Source: Eledone cirrhosa (lineage: Eukaryota). From it: DNA of 64,000 bases. A program made the translations under genes and the position numbers. Each line of letters starts with the position of its first letter. Within the stretch, counting starts at the first letter, position 1. The DNA lies in assembly GCA_964016885.1 (NCBI GenBank), contig OZ024742.1, positions 306,528,001 through 306,592,000 on the forward strand, read 5' to 3'. The notes under the pieces are model-generated. The model did not search any database. It was not told the origin of the DNA and saw only the letters and a program-made list of their open reading frames with translations. Positions 43,000 through 57,376 of the stretch are shown piece after piece.

Positions 43000-43005
<6 letters not shown>
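42546..43005. mobile_element. Family K fold-back (3' half of an HHR) interrupted by a SINE
   Basis: Centre ~42849; GAA-ATATATAT-C half ribozyme. The right arm carries a tail with TTGAGTGCT. Confidence 0.75.
42592..42786 (-). mobile_element. SINE with ~32-bp target-site duplication
   Basis: AGTTTCAGATGTTCAAGTCCTTTAATAATAAT at 42567 and 42790. Confidence 0.9.
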
Positions 43006-43086
<81 letters not shown>

Positions 43087-43089
<3 letters not shown>

Positions 43090-43779
43090 TGGTTACACAA
43101 CAGTTAGTTCACCATACCGAGCACAATTGTTTCACCTTTCCGGATCTTCAGCTCGGTATGTGTATCGTTATAGGAACAGGAAGGACAACCGTACAAATGT
43201 GCATGTGCAGAAACTCGGTCACTACACACAGGCGGTACTAGACTGTGTGCGGGAGGTGTAAGGGAGATAACTGCGAAAGTCCGGAAACTTTTTAGTTTGA
43301 AAATAAAATAAAAAAATTAAAAATAAAATTACAAAGAATCAGTCCGGAGCCTTGTAGTTATGCAATATATGTTTGGTGACGTGTGGACAACGTGTGAAAA
43401 ATTCACTTCTCGTGTTTAGGCAATCACTACACGTTGTCCACACGTCACCAAACATATATTGCATAACTACAAGGCTCTGGACTGATTCTTTGTAATTTTA
43501 TTTTTAATTTTTTTATTTTATTTTCAACCTAAAAACTTTCCGGACTTTCGCAGTAAACTCCCTTACACCTCCCGCACGCAGTCTAGTACCGGCTGTGTGA
43601 AGTGACCAAGTTTCTGCACATGTGCGCTCGTACGGTTGTCCTTCCTGTTCCTATAACCATACACATACCGAGCTGAAGATCCGCGAAGGTGAAACAATTG
43701 TTCTCGGTATGGTGAACTAACTGTTGTGTAACCACTTCTACCTAACTCGTCCCTACGAATATTACCTTCCAGTGTTCCA

Positions 43780-43783
<4 letters not shown>
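43087..43783. mobile_element. Family H HHR fold-back
   Basis: ~310-bp arms. HHR at 43664-43711 (+); the mirror at 43113-43160 (-) has a non-cleavable GUG. Confidence 0.9.
43664..43711 (+). ncRNA. Minimal HHR (family H)
   Basis: CATACCGAG-CTGAAGA-TCCGCGAAGGT-GAA-ACAATTGT-T-CTCGGTATG. Confidence 0.88.
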
Positions 43784-43830
<47 letters not shown>

Positions 43831-45738
43831 TAGTTTTAGCTGGTAGAACCGGAAGTAAACTTATTTCTATCTTTCTAAGGATATTTTAACCGATTTTCTA
43901 TCGCTATTTTTTCTGTAACGATTACGTGTTTGGATTTTAGCATTTTCAAATTTAAATTCTTCCAAACGATAAATCGTAAGAATTCTTTACTGCCAGATTT
44001 ACCCTCTAAATTTCTTAAATATATTTTCTAATTTGGACAGAAAATATTGACACCTTTCGTTTGGCGTACTTTTTGCCACTTTTGGCTGGAATTCAAGAGA
44101 TGTACAGTTCAATTCTTTGTACTGGCTGCTGTCGCTTATTTTTCTGTCTCTAAGGTAATGTTCCCCAATTTTCGAAGGGTATTATTATGGCAGGGACAAT
44201 ATGTTTCGTTTTCTTTTTTTATTTTTTTTTTTATTTTTTTTTATTCTTAGTTCTGCGCGGATAAAAAAAGCATAGTTTATACCCACAAACACTGCAATTG
44301 ATATTCAAAGAATTTATTGATTAGAAACCTAATTAATTTAGAATAATCATGTAAATTAGCACAACTTTTTGAAAAATAGATTTAAAAATTGTTTTCCCAG
44401 AAAATAAAAAAAAAGCAATATCAGAGTAAAATTAGCTTGTATATTTTTTTTTTCTTTAAAGTTTGAATATTCGGAGCTGAAAGTGAACCATCGTCTCAGA
44501 GATTTCGATGCAACAATTCTACCTGAATCAACATTCGTAGATCAACTAAAGATTGTCTGCCTCGTTATAAATCGGTTCATCCAAATTATGATGAATTCGC
44601 AATATATTTATTTTTACGGCTTCATGAAATATTGCCACCTTTAATGATGTCAATAGCGAGCAGTGTATTTAAGTTTTTAAGTCCAGCAGGAGAAACGGAA
44701 ATATGACCAATCATACAAGCTGGGAAATTTGCGTTTTAATGAGTTTATAGATTGCATAAAAGAAACCCTAGAATGTATGTTGATTACTAACAGAAGAAAT
44801 GATTAAAGATAAAAATGATATTCAATAATGTATTTCTAGGATATATTTACATAAATGTTTAGCAAGTAAGTACAATTTACATACGGAATAGAACCCAGGA
44901 GCTTGTGCTTATATATATATATATATATACAAAAACAAATGCCAGATTGTTATGGTTGATTAATAACCCCGTTTACTTATTTGCTGTCCACAAATCGAAA
45001 GCATATGTGTGTGGGATGCAAGTCAGATTTAGATAATATAGCATAACATGTTATCTCGTGTGGGAGCAAACTACAAGTATCTGCAGCAGAATTTAGATAT
45101 CAACATATCAATCTCCAACTGTGCTATTGAGAAAGAAACTTTATGTGCGTGTATTGAACATTCATACACAGGCTGTATGATTTTAGGACTTTTGGCTTCC
45201 TGGCGACACCAATGTAGTGTATAGGTTGACCAGTACAAACAGTTCCAACTGCATCATAATCGTTGCATTGGCTAGACATGTCTCCGGCTACGACCAATTC
45301 AAGACACCTTACAATAGAATTGCAGGAGGGAACCATAACCTTTTATTGATGAAACTAAACTGAATCGAATCTGATTAAACAGCATACAAATTTGATGAAA
45401 ATGTTGTTGTTGAATCTCCATCGTTTCCGATGACGAGTGAGCCAGTTTGTTCGATAAAAAGAACTTCTTACGCAATATCAATGTGCAACTGGCTCAACAT
45501 CCCACAGATATGTATATACTCAACGTTGTTCTCGGGGTGATTCTGCTTCTTACAATATGTGACAAGGTCGACCCATTGAATGACATTTACAACATATTTT
45601 TGCCAGCTATGTCGACTTGAGCAATGCAGGATAAATTGTTTTGCTCAATGATACAAGAATTTACGATCGTGAGTCGAATGCACTGCACAACTACAGTATA
45701 AATAAAAGATATGAAATCCATTTTTTTGTAAATCACCA

Positions 45739-45865
<127 letters not shown>

Positions 45866-47004
45866 ACACACGTGCTTGATATTTAGGGCAGATCATTCTT
45901 TTGCATCATCTCATAATGCTTGTATGTATGCAAACAAGAACCCGTAGAATAAATACATGATTCCCCAATAGATTATAAGTTTGAAAAACAAACAATAACA
46001 TATCTGAAAACATAAAAATCCTATTGTGATCGAAATTGATATCTAAACAATAAATCATTTTTTTATCACTTAATCTACTCCTATAATATAATTTCAGAAT
46101 ATATTTTTGAAAATGAATACAATAATATCAAAGACTATAGTTTCGCATAGGCCTATTTGTTGTCTCATATAAAACCGTTGGATTGCTTCAGAAACAATCA
46201 TTGTAAATCTGCATTTGGAGTGGCATGTGTCAACGGCGTTTAGTGACTCATCCATTTATAGCCGTGTGTATTCTACTGTCACATGTCTTAACGCTGGAGT
46301 CAAAAACCTCTCAGTTACCATTTCAAAACTAAAGTTGTTTGCCATGTTCACGCTGTCATGCATATATGTTTCTTTCATAATACATCTGTACACATACACA
46401 ACAAAATGTTATATCTCTCTGTTGTTGGAATAGCAGCTCACTTTAAGTCACACGGATGAGGGTCGAGAACGATGGTCCATTCTCTTCGTGTCACGCACGC
46501 ATGTACACAAACATACATATATACATACATACGGGCGACAAACAGACGCATACACACAACACACAAACTTACACACACACACACACAACGCCACTTTGCC
46601 CCAAAACAGAAGAGATTTGTGGGTGGCTGTATATTAGTCATAGAAAAACTAAAATGCTACGCCTGTTGGGAAAATACAATCGAAATGTTAAATACAATAA
46701 TATTTTTACCAAATTCAGTGCCTACAATTTTAGCGTTAATCATTCACTTTCTGCGGAATCTTCTATCTATTTGCATATCTTGAATATCATTGAGGAAACA
46801 TTTTTACGCTTTGAATCACTATTTCCCATAAAACTATACCAAGGAATAAGTGGGCTTTTGTGTAAAGAAACGCTTTGGTCTTCCTTACTTATCGATTGAT
46901 AGTTTGAAAGGTTACTTTCTTTCGAAAATAGTTTTTAAACCTCGATATCAGATATAGTTTGTGAAAGAGTGGAACTGAATTTTAAATATTATTATTCTTC
47001 GATG

Positions 47005-47189
47005 CGGTGGATTGGCACTATCGGTAAAGCGTTAGACACCAAACTTTGCTGATTAGAGTTATGGCCCTTTACGTTCTTAGTTAAAATCCCGCCGAGGTCA
47101 ACAGTGCCTTTCATCCTTACGGTGTTGATAAAATAAAGCACGAGTAATCCACTGGGGTAATTGCTGGCCTTGTTCCAAAATTAGTAACA
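47005..47189 (+). mobile_element. SINE with 17-bp TSD
   Basis: ATTATTATTCTTCGATG at 46988 and 47190. Confidence 0.9.
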
Positions 47190-49349
47190 ATTATTATTCT
47201 TCGATGTCCAGACAGAATGTCGTCGTACATGGCTAACAGTTTTCTACCCTGTGAAATGTTTCTGCTGTCACTGTTGAAGCATTCAATTCGTCCAGCCTTT
47301 GTTGTTTTATTTATTCATTTCCAGGTTTTGCGAGAATAATTTTCTGCCACTATATATTTTTCTTAAAGAAATATCCCCCTCCGTCACATACACGCGCACA
47401 CACAGACGCACACACACACACACACACACACTCATACACACACACACGCACACACACGCACACACACACACATACACACACACATTCACACACACACACA
47501 CATGCACACACACACATTTAAATCTAAAGATGGTTGACTACCGGCTGAATTGAACCCGTTTCATATCCCCACGCCAAACTTTCACTTTTTCATTCATTTC
47601 CATCTTATAAGAAGCAATATTTGCATACAAAACTCAATATTGTAGCGTGTGAGAGAAATATAATATTTTGTTGTATTCAATTAATTTGCTATCATGCTTT
47701 CATATGAATTCAGTATCTTAAAGAACAGCCACGCCTATTTGCTTGCATCAGAAAAATACACGAACTCAGTGCATGCTGTTGCTATCCTGAGTTATCAAAT
47801 TCTATTCTCCTGATAGTAGATCTGTAGAGACATTAGAATATAGGATGGAAATCCTTGGAGTATTTATTCTGCTCCCTTGCGTCTTGAGTTAAAATCCCAC
47901 AGTTGTCAATTTTACATCCGATCTTTTCCTGTCTGAGAAATATAGTACTAGCATAGGGCTGTCGACTGGTGGAATCATTATAGATTTGGGAAGAATACCG
48001 TGTTCAAATCACACAGCAGATTAATTCACCTGCAGTTTTAATCTGTTAGCTAGTTTATCACCACCACCTGACACGCATGTGTCTTCAGCGGAGTCAAGTC
48101 TGGTGCAAGTATTCCGCTCGGGTGTTCGGTTTACGCATGCCTTCTCTCTTTCCTACTAGGCTCGACACAAATAATATACTGTTGTACACTAAAACGCTGA
48201 GTCCAAGCTGTATACTTACGTATGTATAGACATACCTTTTCACTGGCTGTTATTGTTGGGTTTTAGACAAAAGTAAGCCTAATTAAATACATCTAGGATT
48301 AAATGAGTGCTAGCCATAACTATCTTGCATTTTCCTCTTAAAGGGGCTTCGTTGCCCAATGAATCTATACTTGAAGTAATTTATGAGCTATTTTGAGTAG
48401 ATCCAACGACAGCGTTATGACTCCCGTTGGCCTGTAGAATCCTGTTGTATATATATGCTTTACGTATTTATTTATTCATTTATTTATTTATTGCAGCTAT
48501 ACCGTCTCCATGTTTTATTTCTACTTTCTATTCATTTTATGTCGCTTTGAACGAGCAGACGGAGTGTTCTTTAAACATGACTAGTTGAAAGTAGCCACCA
48601 ATATTTTCTGTTCAAATATCGCCTAAATCAACAGAATGACTGTATGAAAGCCAAACTTTGATTTTATCTTGGACAGCTTTTGGAAAAGAAAAGCATTCAC
48701 AATGAAGAACAAAGAATAGAAATGTCGACCCCCGATCTCAACCAACAATTCACTAACGCATTTCAGATCCCTCACTACGACTAAAATATAGAAGGTAATT
48801 ATCGGGAAACCTCCTGTCGTCGCACTCTATCTACTGTACGGTCATTAAAGCAGAAGCATTTGTTGGCAAGTGTCAGCGTCTTCTATACGAATAACGAATA
48901 GAAACGATTGTTAGCTGAAATCTAATTAGTCGATCTGGGGAAAGAGTTGCTTTCATTGCCTTGTGCCATGGTTTTGGAGATAGCTGACGGTTGTAGAAGT
49001 CTTGTTACGTTGTACTGTCTAGTTATTGATAATGATATATTTCATATCCTCTTCTATATTATCAGATTGAAGATAAACTCGAGTCTATATAAAGGTATTA
49101 CCCCCCTCCACACACACCCACTTCCGTACCCCATCAACACACACATGAATAATATAACTATTCAGCAGTTTTTATTTTTTCAATAGCAGATGATTCTTCT
49201 TTTTCTTCTTTCTTCTTTCATTATCTTCAGTTTTTCCGTTCTTATTATCGTTTTTCTTCTCTTTCTTCATTTGCTTCTTCCTTCTTTTTCCCATCTTCAT
49301 ATTTTAGTTCTAGTTCTTCTTACTCATTTTCTTCTTCATGTAGCAAATG

Positions 49350-49712
49350 AGCTGGATTGGTAGTATGGGTAGAGGGTCGGACGCCATGCTTTGCAGCATA
49401 GAGTTACGGCTCTTTACGATCTGAGTTCAAATCCTGCCGAGGTTAACTTTGCCTTTCTTCCTTACAGGGTCGATAAAATAAAGTACCAGCAACGCACTGG
49501 GGTCGATTTAATCGACTTTCCCTTGCCCCAAAATTATAAGAAACCATTATCGGAAGAGGCTCGGACGCCATGCTTTGCAGCATAGAGTTACAGTCCTTTA
49601 CTATCTGAGTTCAAATCCCACCGATGTTAATTTTACCTTTCATCCTTCGGGGTCGATAAATTAAAACACCAGTAATGCACTGGGATAACTGCTGGCCTTG
49701 AGCCAAATGTAT
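49350..49712 (+). mobile_element. Two tandem SINEs
   Basis: B-box and conserved body at ~49422 and ~49606. Confidence 0.85.
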
Positions 49713-49894
49713 AATTCAGTGTTACTTTTGGGTTTGGTTTTGTATTTACTATTGAAATGTAGCTATTCTAAGTAGTATGTGTGCATTAACTAGTAGTATT
49801 ATACTGTCTATATTATGTATATTTATATAATATCTAGTGATTCGGTTATATAGCTGTTTGTCCTATCATTTGAACTATTCTAAAGTCACCAATC

Positions 49895-50008
49895 ATAATT
49901 GTTTCTACATTTGGCACAAGGCCAGCAATTACCCAGTACATTACTGGTCCTTTATTTTATCGACCCCGTAAGGATGAAAGGCAAAGTTAACCTCGATGGG
50001 ATTTGAAG
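49895..50008 (-). mobile_element. 5'-truncated SINE
   Basis: 3' half of the family consensus. Confidence 0.85.
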
Positions 50009-51653
50009 TCACCTATCATAATGACTGTTTCTATGCTCAGTTACCTCATTCTGTTTAACTGTATTTCCAGATCTATATATGTGGATACTTTCTTCATTAC
50101 TTTAACGATTGTTTAGTTTGATACTTCGTCTATTAGGCACGTTTCTCTTCATGGTTCTTCAAAATAATGTCAAGCCGATGAGTCAGGATCTCGCCGTGTA
50201 AGCGGATTTATCTATTCAAGAATATAGTGAATGTCTCATTCTCTGTGATGATAAGTGGTGTATGGAGATTCACTCTCTTTTCTCATTTAACGGTCCATAA
50301 TGATGGTGGTGGTGGTGGTGACCGCGGCGGCGGCAGTAGTAGTAGTAGTGGCGGTGGTTGGGGTGGCGGTAGTAATAGTAGTAGTAGTAGTAGTAGTAGT
50401 AGTGTCGTTGTTTAGTCCCATATCGCCTCTGATTGTGGAAACCATTGGTGAATGTCGCTCAAGCCGGGACCTTCCAATCATATTCCTATTAACAGAAATT
50501 TCAAGAGTATACTATTCAATGTTTCCTATTTAGATATGGAGACATGAGGTGAATTCAGTTAACTCTTATTTCTAGCTTGCAGCGTGTCACTTATCGGCTC
50601 CATCTGTAAATAATCCACCTAGTCCTAGTTGCGGTTTGTAAAGAGACACAGCTATAAAACTATTGTTGCAATTGTTATTTTTTTGTTGTAGTTTAGTACC
50701 AGTCATCGTTAATTGATTAGATTTATGGCGTTCCAGCCATGGCCACCACGTTTTCGCCTATTCAGCTATATCTTGCAATGATTCTTTCTTTACAATGGGA
50801 TGTGGTTTGAATGAGATTTGGTTGCTAGTTCTAGCAGGTTTATTGACCATATGAAACCTCACTCATTATTATTCTTGTATAATGCGATTGTGAGAATAAT
50901 TATGTTGGAGGAGAGAGGCCTTTCATTTTGTTGAGAATGATGGTTATACTGTAAATACTTAACATGGCCACATGCGGTTAATAATCGTGGCTGCCGATGC
51001 TACAATGATTATAATACTGATGATGATGATGGTGGTGGTCATACTGGCAGTAATGGCGGTGGTGGTGGTGGTGGTAATGTTGATGAATATAACGACTGAT
51101 GATGACTGCGTTGGTGGTGGCAATAATAACGATGGTGGTTTTTGAGGAGGGTGATGATGGTGTTGGAGGTAATGTTTGTGATCACACTGATGATGGCGGT
51201 GGTGATGATGATGATGATGATGATGATGATAAACATTATGATAGAGGATAGCTGTTGTAGGTCGGAGGAGGGGGCGGGGGCAGTGTTGATTTATATTTGC
51301 TCCGGGAATAGGTTGGTGTGAAAAGGTTATAAGCAACAATGGACAAAAATAACAAAGAATAAGAAGAAGGTGGGGTTTTAACTGACATAAAGCATGAAGC
51401 AACGAAGCAAATACGAGTGAAAAGGATCGAGTGATAGAAATGAAGCCAGCGATATGAAGAGAGTAGGTGGGTGGCTAATATAGAGATAAAGAGAAAGATA
51501 GAAAGGACACAAAATATATAGAGAAAGGGATTTTAATGGAGAATGGAAGAACGTTATAGATGGACAGTGAAAGAGTGTTATAGAGAGAGAGACAGAATGA
51601 CGGAGAGAGATGGGGGAGGGAAGAAGACAAGAGAGAGACAGAGAGATGGAGAT

Positions 51654-51738
<85 letters not shown>

Positions 51739-53309
51739 GAGAGAGGGGAAGAAAATCAATACATCACTTAGTGCAATTTGAACTTACTGATATTTACTTT
51801 CATAATCAGTACAGAGCTTTCGTTCCCACTATGAGTCAACAACAGACGACTTTAAGCCAGGCCCCCCCTTATATTTCATAGCGCCACACAACCACCGCCT
51901 TCCCCATGCATTAACATATCAGTCACACCACCACTACCAGCATCAGCATTTCTATCAACACAAATATCTTTGATACAAACACCATCACAAGCATTATCAT
52001 TTCCAACACGAATAGCAACACCACCAACAACAACTCTATTTCCTATCTTTACACGCCCTCATCAATTTGATCAATTTAAACACCTCGAGGCAACAAGAAA
52101 GCCTCTTGATCGCTCCATCCACACATAATAGAAACCAAATCTGTCATATTACAACATACCATTTTGAAGAAAGGACACGTTGGATAATTATGCTGTTCTA
52201 CATATACTACTACTTCTCCCTCTCCAAAATACTGGACAGTCATGACTGGGACGTCGTTACGCAGAGATGAGCGGTATGTATCAGTGTTGACCCTGGTTCA
52301 ACAACGACAACAACAATAAATTCAGGCTCAACAGAAAACACATCTAACACCACTACAAATATTATTGTCTCTAATACTACCTTCCAGATCATTATAACCA
52401 GTGTCATCATAAATATCATCACTGAATTTACCATCATTGCATATAGCGTTGCCACGGTCAACAACCATCACTGCAGCATCACATTTCCTCCACTATCACC
52501 ATCACCACCAACAGTATCAGCATCAATCATATCTTCAAAATATTCCCCCACTATGCCACATCTATAACATCATTACCATTCACTACCACAACCATCAACA
52601 TCACTACAAACTAGTTTCAGAGCCAAAAGCTAAACGCGTCCTTTCAAGCATCCTGCTGCCTCAGAGCGCCCTCTAGCGTCAATAGTACTAAATATCCAGT
52701 TAGCGAAAATCTCCCTTGTCACAAAATCCATTCGCCACCGTTTCAGCGTAGCTTGCATTATATCAGCTTCCTCTAGTCTATCACGTATGATTAATTCTGT
52801 TGGCAGGCGGCAAATCTTCTCATGTGACAAGAGCACACCATTAAGTGGTTAGACCTTGCTTGTATAGACGAATGCGTAGTTGTCAACGGAGCAGCCAAGT
52901 CATCGATTTCAGTGAGGTTTGAGAGAGAGTGAAAGAGACAGGGCAGAGTGAGAGAGAGAGAAAAACAGAGAGTTAGACAGAGAGAGAAGGAGATAGATAG
53001 AGAGAGAAGACAGGCACTGAGTGAGACAGAAGGAAGGCGGGATGGAGAAAGAGAGGAATAGAATGAGAAAGGGAGAAATATGTTGAAAGACGGAAAGGTG
53101 GGAGAGCGATGAAGATGACGGGTGAGATGGAAGTAGTATTAGTGATGGGACAGATGGGATGATGGCAGCGATGGTTCTTTTGGCGGTGGGAGGGATATAA
53201 TGAAGGAGGTAGGCGTGTATGAGGGGAGATGTCTGTATTGGAGTAATGGAGTGTTAGAGTGATATAGTGGGGGTGAGTATGATGAGATCGAAAATGGTGC
53301 TCGGTTAGG

Positions 53310-53760
53310 GGTGAGGGTAGTGGCCACAGTGTTCCTGGTGGTTGTGGTTGTGATGTTGGTGGTGTTGTTGTTGGTGATATTGGCGGTAGTGGTAATGGTG
53401 GTGGAGGTGTTGGTGGTGGTGTTTTTGGAGGTGGTTGTGATGGAGGTGGTGGTGTTGAGGGAAGGGGTGGGCTTGGTGGTGATATTGGCGATAGTAGTGG
53501 TGGTAATGGTGGTGGAGGTGTTGGTGGTGGTGTTGTTGGCGGTGGTTGTGATGGTGGTGGTGGTGATGGTGGAGGGGTGGGATTGGTGGTGTTGTTGGCG
53601 GTGGCAGTGGTTGTGGTGGTGGTTTTAGTAGTGGTGGTGGAGGTGGTGGTGGTTTTTGTGATGGTTTTGGTGGTGGTCGTGTTGTTGCTGCTGTTGCTGG
53701 TGTTGTTGTTGGTGGTGGTGTTGTTGTAGGTTGTAGTGCTTGTAGTGCTGGTGGTAATGA
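53310..53760. repeat. (GGT/GTT)n-rich low-complexity tract
   Basis: Direct inspection; similar tracts at 50300-50405 and 51000-51240. Confidence 0.9.
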
Positions 53761-55540
53761 GAGAGCGATAATGGAGTGATATACTGATCAACAGCAGATG
53801 GGAGTGTCGAAGGAGTAATATAGTGTGTGATGGGTATTGATGTAGTAACAATGGCGGCAGTGGTGGGCCAGATGGGGCTTCATGATAAGGTGATCTAGTG
53901 TATGGCGGCGGTGATATAGATGATGTAGTGATGATAAGGAAATGAGGTTGGTGTTGGGAAGGATCTAGTTAGTTTGGTGTGTGAGGGCTAATGGAGATGG
54001 TAAAAACAAGGATGGAGGTGACACGATGGTTGTAGTAATGAAGGGTCTTTATGTGTGTTGGTTCTAGGTTGAAATTATTCAGCGGAAATAGTGGGGATAG
54101 GGGTAGGGTATATAGTGTCGTTGATTCCCAAAACAGTTCGAATTGTATATGGTCACTACTTACAACAGGTTGTATATATATGCTATTATTGAAATGAACG
54201 TTGCTATGTATGTCGTGCTAACTATGTGGCTATTATTGTATATATGAGATGCGATGCAGCATATATTTACTTACTGGACTATATATATGTGTGTGTGTGT
54301 GTGTGTGTTTAGGGAGGTTGTGTTTGTATGTTTGTATATGCTTGTACATATACCTGTGTGGTGGGTTTGGGAGGGTCTGTTTGCAGGGGATATGTGAATG
54401 TATGTATGTACGAAGTCATGCATACGTAATTACGCACGGACTTACACGTGAATAAGTGTGTCTATATCTTTGTGTGTCCACGTGTGTGTATGTGAGTTCT
54501 CGTGTGTGTGTTTATACAGTGAGAAGTCGAAAATAAAAGCACATAGTATATTAAAACATGGTATCTCCCCTCATTTCCCTTTACATTCAAGTCACATATG
54601 TTTATACATGTATACGTGGGTTTAGTGTGTAAACAGGGTTTAGTCACATGTCTGTTTAATATATAGACATATTTACGTATCTGTATGTGATTAGTGTGTG
54701 AAAATGTCTTTACGTAGACATATAAGTATTTATATATCCTATATCAATATATGTGAATAATACGTAATTCTATATAGATAATTTTTGGCGTATGTGCTTA
54801 TGTATGTTCAGTTTGTGAACATGTTATCATATCTGTGTATGTGATTTTAATACGTAAACACCTATTTACATGTATGTATACGTTTGTTTAGTGTGTGTAC
54901 GTCTGTTTACAGGGTTATGAATGTATATCTTCTATGTTGGTTTAATGTATGCACATGTGTCTATATCTCTGTAAGTGAAGGTTAAGAGTATAAATATACA
55001 TATTCTTCAATATCTCCATACGTGTTTCATTGTGTAATTTATATATTTATATATTTAATCTATATGCTTATATATATATATATATTTAAAAAAGAGGTGA
55101 ACACTGAACAAACAACGGAAAAACGAACATCTCCTGAGTCAACCTCTGGAAATCACTACAGTTTCAGTGCATCAAGGTTTATACGGTTCCAATGCACATT
55201 GGGATGCAGCAAACATAGACAGGACAAGTTATGCCTTCGGCGAGTTACACAATTGAAGACGAAATATCCTCCAAAGTGCATCAACTGAAAAGGAAGGGAG
55301 ATAACAATGTGTGAGGGCTTAGCCAAAGGAAAAAAAATATAGAAACGGGAGAAATAGAAAAACAGAAAATAATGATATAGATGTCATCCGAACATCCAGA
55401 AAAAATGACACTGAGGAGTAGAAAATGTAAAAAGGGAGTATAGAGGAAAGTAGACCGGTGTATAATTATATATACATATATTATATATATACATATATAT
55501 ATGTATATATTTTATCTTGTGATTCTATAGACATGTTTTA

Positions 55541-55597
<57 letters not shown>

Positions 55598-55725
55598 TAT
55601 TTCTTCGCATTAAAGACCATATACCTCAGGCTGGTGCGACCAATAACTAAACTGACGAACAGTCCTATCTTCTTGTTCTAATTTTATTCGTATGTATCCC
55701 ATTTGCAACAACGCAGCATGCCATT

Positions 55726-55812
<87 letters not shown>

Positions 55813-55882
55813 GGTATATGTCTTATGGTAGCTTGGATGCGTCCATAGGCGGTATGCCGAGGATTTGCTCCGAAATCAAAAG

Positions 55883-55975
55883 GCGTATCTGAGGAACCTG
55901 CGAATCCAGAGTCAAGTTCGATCCACACACAGATCGCACCTCGAGCTGTTCGCCGGGGAAACAATTGTAATACGT
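55883..55975 (+). ncRNA. Type-I HHR in a solitary ~210-nt TA-flanked unit (55810-56021)
   Basis: GCGTAT-CTGAGGA-ACCTGCGAA...TTCGCCGGG-GAA-ACAATTGT-A-ATACGT. Confidence 0.8.
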
Positions 55976-56049
55976 AATAAATTGAGTTCCGATGCATCAC
56001 TGATTCTTCGTTTTCCATTCTATATATATATATATGTATATATCTATCT

Positions 56050-56755
56050 AGGGCGGGTAAAATTACCGAGATCCATGGACGAGTTCTCTCCAGCGGTCTC
56101 TGTCCCTCATCATCGCAGCCTTGTCCTGCGTCTCCCAGAGAGCTGTGTCTGACCGGGCATCAACATATGTCAACCTCGGTCTCCCTCTTCTAGTGTGTCC
56201 GTACAGGGACTCCCACAGGAGAACTGAGTGCAGTGTCAACTCTGGATGTCGGTGAGCATGTCCAGCTAACCTCAGTCTACTCTTTGCTACTTTCGAGCTG
56301 ACTTTGAGAGGGTCCCGTACAGCTCGAAGTTCTTCATCCTCAGTGTATATTGATTAATGTTCAGAGCCATCCTCAGCATTCTCTTGTAGCACCCATCCGC
56401 TATCTGAGTGAGTTTCTTGGTCAGTGTCCAAGTCTCAGGCCCGTACAGCAGCACAGACTCCACTGCAGCAACGAAGAGACGGATCCGAGAGAAACCTTGC
56501 TGGAGGCAAACTTGATGGCAACCAACCTAAGGTTTAGGAAGAATCCGGGGAGGATGTGGACCTACATGCCTGATATGCACCTGTCCATGTCCCAGATTGA
56601 TTTCATTCTGGTGAGGAAAAAGTGGCGGAATAATGTTCTGAACACACAACCATATACAACCATACAACTATTGCAGTACACTGGGCAGTGAGCACCGGTT
56701 TGTTATGAATGAGGTCCGTGTGAGCTTAAGAAAGAGTAAGGCTCAGCCCCCCGGA
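56050..56755. mobile_element. RTE-clade LINE fragment with 5' inversion
   Basis: Minus 56478-56070 reads LFVAAVESVLLYGPETWTLT...RLRLAGHAHRHPE...LLWE...RGRPRLTYVD...DRDRWR. Plus 56485-56750 is the end of an APE domain: NLRFRK...WTY...QIDFILVRKKWRN...SEHR. Confidence 0.8.
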
Positions 56756-56790
56756 AAGCATTCTAATATGTATATATATATATATATATA

Positions 56791-57021
56791 TAACGAAGGA
56801 AATGTGGTAAGGAACCAGGTGGACCATAACGCACCAAAGTACTCAATACTTAGGGTAGTAGAGTGGGTAATAGGAACCAGTAAGACCCCGACGGCTGAGC
56901 TCAAACCGTTTCGACGGCTAATTCTGGACTAAAAAAAAAATAAAAAAATTTTTTTTTTTTTTTTTAGTCCAGAATTAGCCGTCGAAATGGTTTGAGCTCA
57001 GCCGTCGGGGTCTTACTGGTT

Positions 57022-57026
<5 letters not shown>
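56791..57026. mobile_element. Miniature fold-back of the 12483-15918 PLE terminus
   Basis: Both termini match those of the large copy. The arms are joined by an A-rich/T-rich filler. Confidence 0.9.
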
Positions 57027-57080
<54 letters not shown>

Positions 57081-57256
57081 CAACAATTAATTATATTCAA
57101 ACTTTACTTCGGTATTGACTTTAGGAATAAAATTTGAACTGAGGCTGTAGAAAGTCCGAACAAACACAAGATAGTCTAATTTAATGTTGTGTAATCCATA
57201 ATTGAAATTCATTGAACTGTAGTGGTGAAATAAAACAGCGGACTCGATATACGGAA

Positions 57257-57376
<120 letters not shown>

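Noticed and set aside
44461-45600. Possible host exons (acceptor-like site at 44461; ORFs 45124-45481)
   Set aside because: No recognisable protein motif or consistent exon chain.
52973-53851. 292-aa Pro/Thr-rich ORF
   Set aside because: Low-complexity (ACC)n tract with no domain or splice evidence.
55090-55300. Degenerate gag knuckle (PPKCIN*KG)
   Set aside because: Too decayed to support.
55650-55730. CTGACGA as an HHR core
   Set aside because: No downstream GAAA or stems.
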